From positions 160,001 through 224,000 of the forward strand of contig CAVPHD010000005.1 of assembly GCA_963704165.1 (NCBI GenBank): 64,000 nt of DNA. Direction: 5' to 3'. The notes beneath the pieces were generated by a model, which made no database searches, was not told the origin of the DNA, and saw only the letters and a program-made list of their open reading frames with translations. This document shows positions 29,563 to 39,481 of this stretch, piece by piece; the first letter of the stretch is position 1, and every line of letters starts with the position of its first letter. Made by a program: the position numbers and the translations under genes. Source of the stretch: an uncultured delta proteobacterium (GTDB lineage Bacteria > Myxococcota_A > UBA9160 > SZUA-336).

Positions 29563-30973
29563 ATGAACGACCCCATCCGGCTCTCGCTGGTCGAACTCAC
29601 CGGCGCCCTCCGGGCGCGCAAGCTCTCTCCCGTCGAGCTGATGACGGCGGTCTTCCGCCGCCTCGACGAGCGCAACTCGGAGCTGAACGCGGTCGTCGCC
29701 ATGTACGACCGCGAAGCGCTGCTCGCGCAGGCACGCGACGCCGAGGCGCGAATTGCGCGGGGCACGGCGCGGCCGCTCGAGGGTGTGCCACTCGGTGTGA
29801 AGGACCTCGAGGACTGCGCGGGGTTGATCACCTCGCACGGATCGATCCCGTACCGGGAGAACCTGGCCTCGCACGATTCGGTGCAGGTCTCGCGGCTTCG
29901 CTCGGCCGGCGCGATCCCGATCGGGAAGACGAATGCTCCGGAGTTCGGTCACACCGCGATCACGAAGAACCTGATCTTCGGCGTGACGCGAAACCCGTGG
30001 AATCCCGCGCTCACCCCCGGCGGATCGAGCGGGGGATCGTCGGCCGCGCTCTCGGCCTGCATGCTTCCGCTGGTCACCGCGAGCGACGGCGGCGGCTCGA
30101 CGCGAATTCCCGCGAGCTTCGTGGGTGCGTTCGGCATGAAGCCGACCTACGGCCGGATTCCGAACGAGTCGAAGAACCTCTGGTACTACGGCGACACGGC
30201 GGTGCAGGGACCGCTGACGAAGACCGTCGCCGACAACGCGCTGTATCTCGACGTCACCTCCGGCTACGCGCCGGAGGATCCGAGCTCGCTCCCGCACCCG
30301 GGCTTCTCCTATCTGTCGAAGCTCGCCGACGGTGTGCCGCGCAAGCTCCGAATCGCCTACTCACCGGATCTCGCCTATGCGGTCGTGCAGTCCGACATCG
30401 CGCAGGCCGTGTACGACGCTGCGCGGCTCTTCGAGAAGCTCGGCCACGAGGTCTGCGAGATCAAAGGCGGCCCGCCGAAGATGGGGCAGGCTTGGGGCAT
30501 GTGGGGCGCGTTCGAGATGGCCGCCGCGAACCTCCAGCACCTGCCGGCGCGCGAGGCGGACTTCAGCCGATCGGTGCTCGCCTCGATGAAGCTCGCCTGG
30601 AAGATGACACCGGAGTGGTTCAGGGAGCAGGCGACACGCAGGCTCGAGCTCTCGCGCTGGTGTCAGTCGATCTTCGCCGACTACGACCTCTTGATCACGC
30701 CGACCGTTCCCGTACGATCCGCCGCCCGCCAAAGGACCGTTCCCGCTCGAGACCGAGGGCCGGGAGCAGCTCGACTGGGGCGTGGCCTCGTTCACGATCC
30801 CGTTCAACCTGTCGCTTCACCCGGCCGCGTCGCTGCGCGTCGGGCTGTCGCGCGCGGGGCTTCCGATCGGCATGCAGATCGTCGCCGAGCGCCACCGCGA
30901 CGAGCTCGTCCTGCAGGCTGCGCACGCATTCGAGCGCGAGCGACCGTGGCACCCGCACTGGCCCGTGGCATAG
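29563..30973 (+). CDS. Amidase-signature family enzyme, frameshift near 30715
   Basis: GVPLGVKD, GKTNAPEFG, TRNPWN..PGGSSGGS, SDGGGSTRIPAS; C-terminus FTIPFNL..GLPIGMQIV in ORF 30782. Confidence 0.88.
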
Positions 30974-30983
30974 TCCGCCAACC

Positions 30984-31424
30984 ATGAGGATCGCGCTCGC
31001 CTCCGACCACGCGGGTTTCGAGTTCAAGACGCGACTCGCCCGCGAGCTCGGCGAGCTCGGCCACGACGTGAGCGACTACGGCACCGATTCGCGGGAGTCG
31101 TGCGACTACCCGGACTTCGCGATCCCCGCTTCGCGCGCGGTGGCCGAGGGCAAGGCCGACCGCGCGATCCTGGCCTGCACCAACGGGATCGGCATGTCGA
31201 TGACCGCGAACCGGATTCCCGGGATTCGTGCCGCGCTCGTGTACAGCGCACGCGGAGCGACGATGACGCGGCAGCACCACGACTCGAACGTGCTCTGCCT
31301 GGGCGCGGGCGAGTTCCCCGCCGACGAGCTGATCGCCTGGGTGAAGCTCTGGCTCGAGACGAAGTTCGAGGGCGGGCGGCACGCGCGCCGAGTCGGCAAA
31401 TTCGAGGCGCTGGACAAGCCTTGA
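30984..31424 (+). CDS. rpiB: Ribose-5-phosphate isomerase B
   Basis: MRIALASDHAG, DYPDFA, CTNGIGMSMTAN, RQHHDSNVLCLG, FEGGRHARRV. Confidence 0.93.
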   Translation: MRIALASDHAGFEFKTRLARELGELGHDVSDYGTDSRESCDYPDFAIPASRAVAEGKADRAILACTNGIGMSMTANRIPGIRAALVYSARGATMTRQHHDSNVLCLGAGEFPADELIAWVKLWLETKFEGGRHARRVGKFEALDKP

Positions 31425-32386
31425 TCGCGGCGCTCGAGGCCGCGGCTTCGCTCGTCCACGAGACCCTTCAGCCGACGCCGCAGCTCGAGTGGCCATTGCT
31501 CTCGGCGCGCTGCTTCGCGCGCGTGATCGTGAAGCACGAGAACCACCTGCCGACCGGCGCCTTCAAGCTCCGCGGCGGGCTCGTGTACATGCACGAGCTC
31601 CGGGCGAGCGAGCCCGGCCTGCGCGGCGTGATCGCGGCCACGCGCGGGAATCACGGCCAGAGCGTCGCTTCGGCCGCGCGCCGTTTCGGGCTGAATGCGA
31701 CGATCGTCGTGCCGCACGGGAACAGCCGCGAGAAGAATGCGGCGATGCGCGCGCAGGGTGCGAACCTGATCGAGCACGGGACGGACTTCCAGGACGCGTT
31801 CGAGCATGCGCAGGCGCTCGCCGCGCGCGACCGGCTTCACTTCGTCGGGTCGTTCCACCCGACGCTGGTTCGCGGCGTGGCCTCGTGCGCGCTCGAGCTC
31901 TTCGCGGCGGTTCCGGATCTGGACCTGCTCTATGTGCCGGTCGGGCTCGGGTCGGGCATCTGCGCGGCGCTCGAGGTGCGCGACGCGCTCGGGCTGCGCA
32001 CACAGATCGTCGGCGTCGTCGCGGAGCGCGCGCCGACCTACGCGCTCTCGTTCGCCGCCGGGCGTGCCGTCCCGACCGATTCGGCGGATACGCTCGCCGA
32101 CGGTCTCGCGGTTCGCGTGCCCGATGCGAATGCGCTCGCGCGGATCCGCGCCGGCGTCGAGCGGATCGTCGCGGTTTCGGAAGCGGAGATCCGCTCGGCG
32201 ATCCGCGCCTACTTCAGCGACACCCACAACGTCGCGGAGGGAGCGGCCGCGGCTGCGCTCGCCGCCTGCCTGCGCGAACGTCCGGCCGTCTCGGGCAAGC
32301 GCGTTGGACTCGTGCTCACGGGCGGAAACATCGACCGCGCGCTCTACCGCGCGATTCTCGACGAGGAGGATTCCACGTGCGACTGA
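31421..32386 (+). CDS. PLP-dependent threonine/serine dehydratase family protein (no ACT domain)
   Basis: KHENHLPTGAFKLRGG, ATRGNHGQS, VPVGLGSG, TLADG, GGNID; TTGA overlap with rpiB. Confidence 0.88.
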   Translation: MIAALEAAASLVHETLQPTPQLEWPLLSARCFARVIVKHENHLPTGAFKLRGGLVYMHELRASEPGLRGVIAATRGNHGQSVASAARRFGLNATIVVPHGNSREKNAAMRAQGANLIEHGTDFQDAFEHAQALAARDRLHFVGSFHPTLVRGVASCALELFAAVPDLDLLYVPVGLGSGICAALEVRDALGLRTQIVGVVAERAPTYALSFAAGRAVPTDSADTLADGLAVRVPDANALARIRAGVERIVAVSEAEIRSAIRAYFSDTHNVAEGAAAAALAACLRERPAVSGKRVGLVLTGGNIDRALYRAILDEEDSTCD

Positions 32387-33951
32387 CTCGTTCGCTGGCT
32401 CAGGTCGTTCTGCTCGTGCTGCTCGGCTCCGGCGTCGCGCGCTCCGCTGACGTCGCGAGCGATGCATCGTTTCGCGACGGCCGAGCGCAGGTGTCTCGCG
32501 CGCGCGCCGAGGTCGGCCCGACCCGACCGGCGACGAACGTGATCCTCTTCGTCGGGGACGGAATGGGCATCGCCACCGTCACGGCAGCCCGCATTCGCGA
32601 CGGACAGCTTCGCGGCGAGATGGGGGAAGAGAATTTGCTCGAGTTCGAGAAGCTCCCCTTCACGGCGCTCTCGAAGACCTGGAACACCGACTTCCAGGTG
32701 CCCGATTCGGCCGGCACGATGACGGCGATCATTTCGGGAGTGAAGACGCGTGCGGGCGTGCTCGGCGTCGATGCGAGCGTCGCGCGCGGCGATTTCGCAG
32801 CCGCCGCGAAGGGGAGCGTGCCGACGCTGCTCGAGCAGGCAGAGGACCGCGGACTCTGGACCGGCGTCGTCACCACCACCACGATCACGCACGCGACGCC
32901 CGGCGCATGCTATGCGCACACGCCCGATCGGAATTGGGAGGTCGATGCGGCCCTGCCCGCGGCGGCGCGAGAGGCGGGCTTTCCCGACATCGCGCGCCAG
33001 CTCGTCGAGTTCGCGCACGGCGACGGGATCGAGGTGGCGCTCGGCGGCGGGCGCGCGTTCTTTCTTCCCTCGACCGAAACCGATCCGGAGTATCCGCAGG
33101 CGAAGGGCGCGCGTGCGGACGGACGCGATCTCGTCGCCGAGTGGAAGAAGCGAAATCCCGGAGGCACGTATGCGTGGAACGCGGAGCAACTGAAGACGAT
33201 TGACGCGGCGAAAACGTCGCGGGTTCTCGGGCTCTTCGAGCCGAGTCACATGAAGTTCGAGACGGATCGCGCGAGCGATCCCGCGGGCGAGCCTTCGCTG
33301 GCCGAGATGACCGCGAAGGCGATCGAGCTGCTCGAGCGCGCGCCGAAGGGATACGTGTTGGTGGTCGAAGGCGGGCGGATCGATCACGCGCACCACGCGG
33401 GCAACGCCTACCGGGCCCTCGGCGAGACGATCGAGCTCTCGAACGCCGTCCGCGTCGCGCGCGAGCGCACCGACCCGGCGAAGACGCTGATCGTGGTCAC
33501 CGCGGATCACAGTCACACGCTGACGATCGCCGGCTATCCGAAGCGCGGGAATCCGATCCTCGGATTGGTCGTGGGCTCGTCGGGAGAGTCCCCGCTCGGT
33601 ACGTCGCCCGCGCCGGATCTGGCCGGTCATCCATACACGACGCTCGGCTACGCGAACGGACCGGGCTACGTAGGCGCGAGCGACGTCCAGCCCGAGGGGC
33701 CGAAGCGCCTGCCGCATTTCGCCAAGAGCTCGACGGCGCCAAAGCTCGGCCGTCCCCAGTTGGCGAGCGTGGACACGGAAGCGGCATCGTACCTGCAGGA
33801 GGCCACGCTGCCGCTCGCCTCGGAAACACACGCCGGAGAAGACGTTCCGATCTACGCGGGCGGACCGGGAGCTGCGCTCTTCCACGGCACCCGGGAACAG
33901 AACTTCATCTATCACGCGCTGGCCTCGGCGCTCGGGATCTCGTCCCCGTAG
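32377..33951 (+). CDS. Alkaline phosphatase (PhoA family)
   Basis: Signal peptide, NVILFVGDGMG, PDSAGT, THATP, EGGRIDHAHH, TADHSH, THAGEDV. Confidence 0.93.
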   Translation: MRLTRSLAQVVLLVLLGSGVARSADVASDASFRDGRAQVSRARAEVGPTRPATNVILFVGDGMGIATVTAARIRDGQLRGEMGEENLLEFEKLPFTALSKTWNTDFQVPDSAGTMTAIISGVKTRAGVLGVDASVARGDFAAAAKGSVPTLLEQAEDRGLWTGVVTTTTITHATPGACYAHTPDRNWEVDAALPAAAREAGFPDIARQLVEFAHGDGIEVALGGGRAFFLPSTETDPEYPQAKGARADGRDLVAEWKKRNPGGTYAWNAEQLKTIDAAKTSRVLGLFEPSHMKFETDRASDPAGEPSLAEMTAKAIELLERAPKGYVLVVEGGRIDHAHHAGNAYRALGETIELSNAVRVARERTDPAKTLIVVTADHSHTLTIAGYPKRGNPILGLVVGSSGESPLGTSPAPDLAGHPYTTLGYANGPGYVGASDVQPEGPKRLPHFAKSSTAPKLGRPQLASVDTEAASYLQEATLPLASETHAGEDVPIYAGGPGAALFHGTREQNFIYHALASALGISSP

Positions 33952-33963
33952 CATGGTGCGCGC

Positions 33964-35214
33964 ATGAGTGAACCCGTGGATGCGATCGTGATCGGCGGCG
34001 GAATCATCGGCACCGCGAGCGCGTACTACCTGGCCGAACGCGGCGCGCGTGTCGTCCTGCTCGAGCGTGGCGAGATCTGCTCCGGCGCCTCGTACGGAAA
34101 CGCGGGATGGATCTTTCCCAGTCACGGCTCGCCACTGCCGGCGCCCGGTGTCATCGGCCAGGCGCTTCGCTGGCTCTTCGATCCAGAGAGCCCCTTCTAC
34201 GTCGAGCCGCGCTTCGATCTCGAGCTCGCGCGCTGGCTGTTCGGCTTCTTGCGCGCGTCCACGGCCTCTCGCGCGCTGGAGACGCTTCGATTGAGCCGGG
34301 AGCTCTCGCTGGCGAGCCTTTCGCTCTGCGCCGAGCTGGCGGCGCGACCGGGCATCGACTTCGGCTTCGCCCGGCGCGGGCTGCTCGTCCTCTGTGAGAG
34401 CGACGCCGGCATCGAAGCTGCGCACCACGAGCTCGAGACGCTGCGCGGACTCGGCGGCGACGGCCGCGCGCTCTCACCCGACGACGTTCGGAAGCTCGAG
34501 CCTCGTGTCGCGGGGAGGATCACGGGCGGCGTGCTCTTTCCCGTCGATGCCCACGTGCAGCCCGCGCGACTGGTGCAAGCGCTCGCGGGCCTCGCATCGT
34601 CCCACGGAGCCCGCATCCTCACGGGCCACGAGGTGCTCGCGCTCGAGAGCGAAGGGCGGCGCATCGTTCGCGTGCGCACGACTCGGGGCGACTTCGACTC
34701 GCGTGAAGTCGTGATCGCCGGCGGTGCGTGGTCGCCCGGGATCGCACGTCAGCTCGGCCTTCGGCTTCCGGTCCAGGGCGCGAAGGGTTACAGCGTCACC
34801 GTTCGGTGTCCCCAGGGCTTCGGTGAGATCCCGATCATGCTGTCCGAGTCGAAGGTGTTCATCACACCGATGGGCGAGCAGCTTCGCTTCGGCGGCACGC
34901 TCGAGCTCGCGGGGCTCGATCTGTCGGTGAACCTGCGCCGCGTGCGCGCGGTCCAGCGCGCCGTCGCGCGCGTCCTGCCCGGTGTCGAGCGTGAGCCGCA
35001 CGTCGAGACCTGGCGCGGTCTTCGACCGCTCACGCCCGACGACCGACCGATTCTCGGCCGCACGCGGGCATTCGAGAATCTCGTCGTCGCGACCGGTCAC
35101 GGCATGAGCGGGATCTCGCAAGGCGTGATCACCGGCAAGCTCGTCGCGGAGACGATCGCCGGCGACCGGCCGAGCCTCGACATCACGCCGTTCTCACCCG
35201 ATCGCTTCCGGTAG
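33964..35214 (+). CDS. D-amino acid dehydrogenase (DadA-like FAD oxidoreductase)
   Basis: IVIGGGIIG, GASYGNAG, KGYS, WRGLRPLTPD, ATGHGMSG, FSPDRF. Confidence 0.88.
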   Translation: MSEPVDAIVIGGGIIGTASAYYLAERGARVVLLERGEICSGASYGNAGWIFPSHGSPLPAPGVIGQALRWLFDPESPFYVEPRFDLELARWLFGFLRASTASRALETLRLSRELSLASLSLCAELAARPGIDFGFARRGLLVLCESDAGIEAAHHELETLRGLGGDGRALSPDDVRKLEPRVAGRITGGVLFPVDAHVQPARLVQALAGLASSHGARILTGHEVLALESEGRRIVRVRTTRGDFDSREVVIAGGAWSPGIARQLGLRLPVQGAKGYSVTVRCPQGFGEIPIMLSESKVFITPMGEQLRFGGTLELAGLDLSVNLRRVRAVQRAVARVLPGVEREPHVETWRGLRPLTPDDRPILGRTRAFENLVVATGHGMSGISQGVITGKLVAETIAGDRPSLDITPFSPDRFR

Positions 35215-35382
35215 GTCATGGAGATCCCAAGCGTCGGTCACTCGGCGCTCGCGACTGGCGACAATGTCACCGGCCCATCCTCTACGATCCTCCGCTCTAC
35301 TGAGTCGCGCCTCGCGCGGGGCGGTTCACGCGGCGATCGCGTCTAAAGCCGGAGTCCGCGACTCGTCGATGAGAGGCGCAGC

Positions 35383-35844
35383 ATGCGCGTCCTCGTCGCC
35401 TCGCTCGTACTCCTGCTCGCGGGCCCGCCCGCGAAGCCGGTCGAGGCGTGGCCGCATGCGATCGAGAAGACGTCGTTCACCGGCGTCCTCGTCACCGTTC
35501 GCACGATCGCGATCGACGGGCTCGAGGGTCTGGAAGTCGACGAGAACGCGCTGCTCGAGCAGAGCGTGGATCTGGCCTGGGACGACGATCAGATCCCGCC
35601 GGGCTGGGTGGCGCCGCGGACCCGGTACGCCGCGCGGCCGGTTCCCCTCTGGGAGCTCGGCGGCGCCGACCGCGGTGGCCGCGTCTTTCACGGCTCCGCG
35701 CTGACCGCGTTGCTCGGCGAGCTGGAGCGGACCCTGCGCGAGCGAGGCCTATCGGACGCGCGCGTCGCGCTGGATGCGAAGGCGCTCTCCCGTCTGTCTA
35801 CACCGGGAAGCGACGGCCTGCTGCTGCTCCGCGTCCTGCGCTAG
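35383..35844 (+). CDS. Hypothetical secreted protein
   Basis: Signal-like N-terminus, GAGAGG RBS, codon usage like neighbouring genes. Confidence 0.55.
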   Translation: MRVLVASLVLLLAGPPAKPVEAWPHAIEKTSFTGVLVTVRTIAIDGLEGLEVDENALLEQSVDLAWDDDQIPPGWVAPRTRYAARPVPLWELGGADRGGRVFHGSALTALLGELERTLRERGLSDARVALDAKALSRLSTPGSDGLLLLRVLR

Positions 35845-35895
35845 CAAGGGCTCGATCGGCGGGGTACGCTCGGCAGCTCTCTCACGGAGGAAGTG

Positions 35896-36428
35896 ATGCG
35901 GCCGATCCTCGGCTCCCTGGTGGTGTTGGCGCTGGCGGTGGGCGCGGGCTGCGGCGAGCCCGCCGAGACCCCGGCCAGCCCGTCCAGCGAAGGCGCGCCG
36001 ATCGCGCGCGCGAGCTATCCGTCGATCTGGGTCGACATCCTGGAGCAGCGCGATCGCGTCCACGCCGCCGTCTCGAAGGGCACCGACATGTGGCACCCGG
36101 AGTGCAAAGAGGTCTCCGCGGGCTCGGCTGCGATCGGTGCGCTCGCGATCGAGATGAGCCAGCGCGTCGATCAGCAGCTTCCCGAAGACGTGCGACGCCG
36201 CGGGGTCACCGACGATCTCGGCTATCTCCAGCAGAACATGTCGGGCGATGCGCGGTCATGCGATCGAGGAGGTCGTCGGTGGCCTGCCGCCGTACATGAT
36301 CGCTCTCGACGCGATCCTCCAGAGCATCGAGAAGCGACTGACGACGCGAAGAGATCGGGACCGAGAGCGTCGTGACGCGTCCCGGCTTCAACCCGTTCCA
36401 TCCGCCTCCGCCGCCCTCGCCGATCTGA
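35896..36428 (+). CDS. Hypothetical lipoprotein, about 2 frameshifts
   Basis: GGAGG RBS, lipobox LAVGAG-C; the coding frame continues via IEEVVGGLPPYMIALDAILQSIE and ends RPGFNPFHPPPPPSPI-TGA at 36428. Confidence 0.5.
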
Positions 36429-36860
36429 GAGCGAGGCGCCGGGGCAGGCGGGTGCGACCGAGCTCGAGCAGCCGTTCGAACTGACGCTTCTCGACCGGCA
36501 TCACCGAGAGCCGGGACTGCGTGACGAGCTTGAGCTTCGCGAGCGAGCGATCCGCGCGGATCGGGCGAGCGACACCGGCCGCTCGAACGCTCGCAGAGCT
36601 TCGATCTCGACGGCGACCCAGCGAGGGTCTTCGCTGGTCGGGTCCGGGCGCGCCGGTCCGCTGACGCGCGCGATCCCCACGACCTCGGCCTCGTGCGAGT
36701 GATAGAAGAGCACGAGGTCGGACTTCGCCATCGCCGCCAGGTTCTTGCGCGCCTCGTGGTTGCGCACTCCGTCCCAGAGCGTTCGCCCGTCCGCCACGAG
36801 CTGCGCGAAGGGATAGACCTCGGGTTCCGACTTGAGCAGCCAGAAAGCGCGCGCGGCCAT
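36388..36860 (-). CDS. EVE domain protein, frameshift near 36562
   Basis: FWLLKSEP, WDGVRNHEAR, LFYHS, RWVAV, RPVSL; the shifted frame gives LVTQSRLSVMPV. Confidence 0.88.
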
Positions 36861-38017
36861 CAGACGATCTTTCGGACGGACTCCGGCATCGTCTTGGCCA
36901 CGCGAATGATCGGAATTCCGGTCTGTCGCGCGTCGTACATCTCGCGCATCGCGCGCGGGAGATCCTCGAAGGCGTAGATCTCCTTGTGAACGGTGGGCTT
37001 GAAGACGACGCCGTAGAGCTCCGTCGCCGCCGCGCAGCCCTCGATCGTCTCGTAGTGGGTGTGATCGATCGTCACCTGCTTGACCGACTGAAGCGTCGAG
37101 TTGTAGGTGACCTGCTGCGAGAGCTGCCAACCCGAAGAGACGTTCACGCCGCAGCGCGCCGCGACCGCGAGCCCGGCGTCGAAGACCGGCCCGCGCAGCA
37201 TGTCGCAGACGATGTGCATGTTGACCGAGTTCGTGAGCTTCCGGACCTCGCCCTGGAACGCCTTCACGTCGTCACGCGAGGCAAAGCGATTGAAGACCTT
37301 CTGATCGATCCCCCGGATGCCCTGACGTTCAAGCGCTTCGCGGCGGTCGGGAGAGCCCGAACAGAACCAGGCGTGGTGCCCTTCGGACTTCGCGAGCATG
37401 AGGAAGCACTCGCCGACGCCGCCGCCGAACGACATCACGTTCAGGCGTCGCAATTTGGTGTCGGAAACCTTCAGACGGAAGATGCCGATCGCCCGCCGCC
37501 ACATGTGATAGGCCGTCGGTGCGCGCAGCGGCAGCGCCGCCATTTCCCAGAGGCTCAGTCCGCAGTCGAGCGGCGCGGGCACGAGCTGCCACTCGCCGAC
37601 CACCGCTTCGTCGGCGTACCACCCGATCGAGTCGGGCTGATCGTAAGCCCAGATGCGCAGCGCGTAGCCGTAGGTGTCGGGCTGGCCGTTGCAGTGGGTC
37701 AGCGCGATGTCACCGACCTTGAAGCGCTTGACGTCGTCGCCGACCGCGAGCACCTCGCCGACGGCCGAGTTCCCGGGATAGATCTTTCCGCCGCGCGTGG
37801 CGGCGATGCTGTCGGTATCGGCGAGGATGGCGTGATCGATGTTGTGCTCGCCCGAGACGGCGAGGATGCGCAGGTGCACGTCGGCCGGCCCCATCTTTCG
37901 CAGCTCGAGCTGATCGAGCTTGATCGCGTTGGCGAACTCGAACTTCGCGACGTCGCCCTTGACGCGTTCCTTCTCCTTGACGATGTCGGCGGCGCTGATC
38001 GAGTAGGCTTTGACCAT
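36860..38017 (-). CDS. Medium-chain dehydrogenase/reductase, divergent enoyl-CoA carboxylase/reductase (Ccr)-like
   Basis: GroES-like GEVLAVGDDVKRFKVGD; no Zn-ADH GHE or Cys4 motif; Ccr-like segments THC, RIWAYD, QLVPAP..LSLWEMAA..TAY, THY. Confidence 0.7.
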   Translation of the reverse strand: MVKAYSISAADIVKEKERVKGDVAKFEFANAIKLDQLELRKMGPADVHLRILAVSGEHNIDHAILADTDSIAATRGGKIYPGNSAVGEVLAVGDDVKRFKVGDIALTHCNGQPDTYGYALRIWAYDQPDSIGWYADEAVVGEWQLVPAPLDCGLSLWEMAALPLRAPTAYHMWRRAIGIFRLKVSDTKLRRLNVMSFGGGVGECFLMLAKSEGHHAWFCSGSPDRREALERQGIRGIDQKVFNRFASRDDVKAFQGEVRKLTNSVNMHIVCDMLRGPVFDAGLAVAARCGVNVSSGWQLSQQVTYNSTLQSVKQVTIDHTHYETIEGCAAATELYGVVFKPTVHKEIYAFEDLPRAMREMYDARQTGIPIIRVAKTMPESVRKIV

Positions 38018-38086
38018 GCCGACGATGATGAACGGGGCGCACCGCGGAGATCAAGCCGACGACGATCCGGAAACGGTAGGAAGCGC

Positions 38087-38800
38087 GTGCCCACTTCGAC
38101 CCGCCCCCGGATTCCGCTGCCCGACGAAGTCGTGTCGATGATCCGACGGAAGATCCTCGACGGATCGTTCGCCCCGGGCGAGCGCCTGCCGGCGGAGCGC
38201 GATCTGGCGGCGAGCCTGCGTGTGAATCGAAGCTCGGTTCGCGAGGCACTGAGGAAGCTCGAGGAGCTGCGCCTCGTCGAGATCCAGCGGGGTTCGGGCG
38301 CGCGCGTGCGGGACGCGGAGCACGCGAGCTTCGAGATCGTCTCGCCGCTGCTGCTCGAAGGCGGCGAACGCGGCCTCGCGCGGATTCGCGAGCTGCACGA
38401 GCTTCGCGAGGTTCTGCTTCCCGGCTTGCTGCAGCTCGCTCTGCGACGCGCGAGCGATGCCGAGCTCGAATCCTGCGTCGCGAGTCTACGCGACCTGACT
38501 CGGCCGGAACGGTCCGACGGCGAATTCCTCGAGTCGCTGCTCGAGCTACAGGTCTTGTTCGCGCGACTGACTCACAATCGTGTACTTCGGATCCTCGCGA
38601 ATTCCGTGACGCGGTTTCTCGGAGAGCACGGCCCGCTTCCCGATTCGGGTGAGATCGTGGCCGAGCGGCGAAAGCTGCGGTCGCTCCTCGAGCGTCTCGG
38701 AGTCGCGATCCTGGCGCGCGATTCGGAGACGGCCGACCGCGTCGGGCGGGAGCTGCTGCGGCGATCGACGGAGGCATTCGTGGGCGGAGCCCGGCCGTGA
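38087..38800 (+). CDS. GntR/FadR family transcriptional regulator
   Basis: FAPGERLPAERDLAASLRVNRSSVREALRKL..IQRGSG; FCD-like C-terminus; divergent from the MDR gene. Confidence 0.88.
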   Translation: MPTSTRPRIPLPDEVVSMIRRKILDGSFAPGERLPAERDLAASLRVNRSSVREALRKLEELRLVEIQRGSGARVRDAEHASFEIVSPLLLEGGERGLARIRELHELREVLLPGLLQLALRRASDAELESCVASLRDLTRPERSDGEFLESLLELQVLFARLTHNRVLRILANSVTRFLGEHGPLPDSGEIVAERRKLRSLLERLGVAILARDSETADRVGRELLRRSTEAFVGGARP

Positions 38801-38872
38801 CGGTTGACCCTGTGCACGCGGCGCGATAAAACCCGTCGGGCCCGGTGCTTTGCCGCCTAGGAGCAGGTGTCG

Positions 38873-39481
38873 ATGAAAACCCCCGTGCGTCCACGCCCCT
38901 CGACCGCGCGCCAGTCGCTCGAGTTCTTCAAGGGCTTTCTGAAGAACCCCCGCGAGGTCGGCTCGGTGATTCCGAGCTCGCGCTTTCTCACGCGCCGGAC
39001 ACTCGAGTGTGGCGACATCGCGCAGGCGCGCGTGATCGTCGAGCTCGGACCGGGTACGGGCGTGTTGACCCGTCGTGCGCTCGAACGGATGCGGCCGGAC
39101 GCGAAGCTCGTGGCGATCGAGATCAGCTCCGCGTTCGTCGATGTGCTGCGCAAGGAGCTCCCCGACCCGCGCCTTCACATCCACCACGGCAGCGCGACCG
39201 AGATCGAGGCCGCGCTCGCGAAGGTGGGTGAATCGAAGGCCGATCTGGTCATGTCCGGGATTCCGTTCTCGACGCTCGAGCACGGCGTTGGATTCGCGAC
39301 GCTACAGGCGGCCAAGCGGGTTCTCGGCGACGAGGGGCGTTTTGTCGCCTACCAGTTCCGCAGCCGGGTGAAGGATCTCGGCGAGCCGGTCTTCGGCGCC
39401 CGACCGGAGACCCACAGCGGCTTCTGGAACGTGCCCCCGATGAAGATCTACGTGTGGAGGCAGAGCGGGGCGCTCGCGTGA
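38873..39481 (+). CDS. Class I SAM methyltransferase, phospholipid N-methyltransferase (PmtA)-like
   Basis: FLKNPREVGSVIPSSRFL, VIVELGPGTGVLT, VMSGIPF, FVAYQF, NVPP. Confidence 0.85.
   Translation: MKTPVRPRPSTARQSLEFFKGFLKNPREVGSVIPSSRFLTRRTLECGDIAQARVIVELGPGTGVLTRRALERMRPDAKLVAIEISSAFVDVLRKELPDPRLHIHHGSATEIEAALAKVGESKADLVMSGIPFSTLEHGVGFATLQAAKRVLGDEGRFVAYQFRSRVKDLGEPVFGARPETHSGFWNVPPMKIYVWRQSGALA

Noticed and set aside
28615..30973. fbaB and amidase as pseudogenes or programmed frameshifts
   Set aside because: Catalytic motifs are intact, no clear slippery sites are present, and the same indel pattern recurs across unrelated genes.
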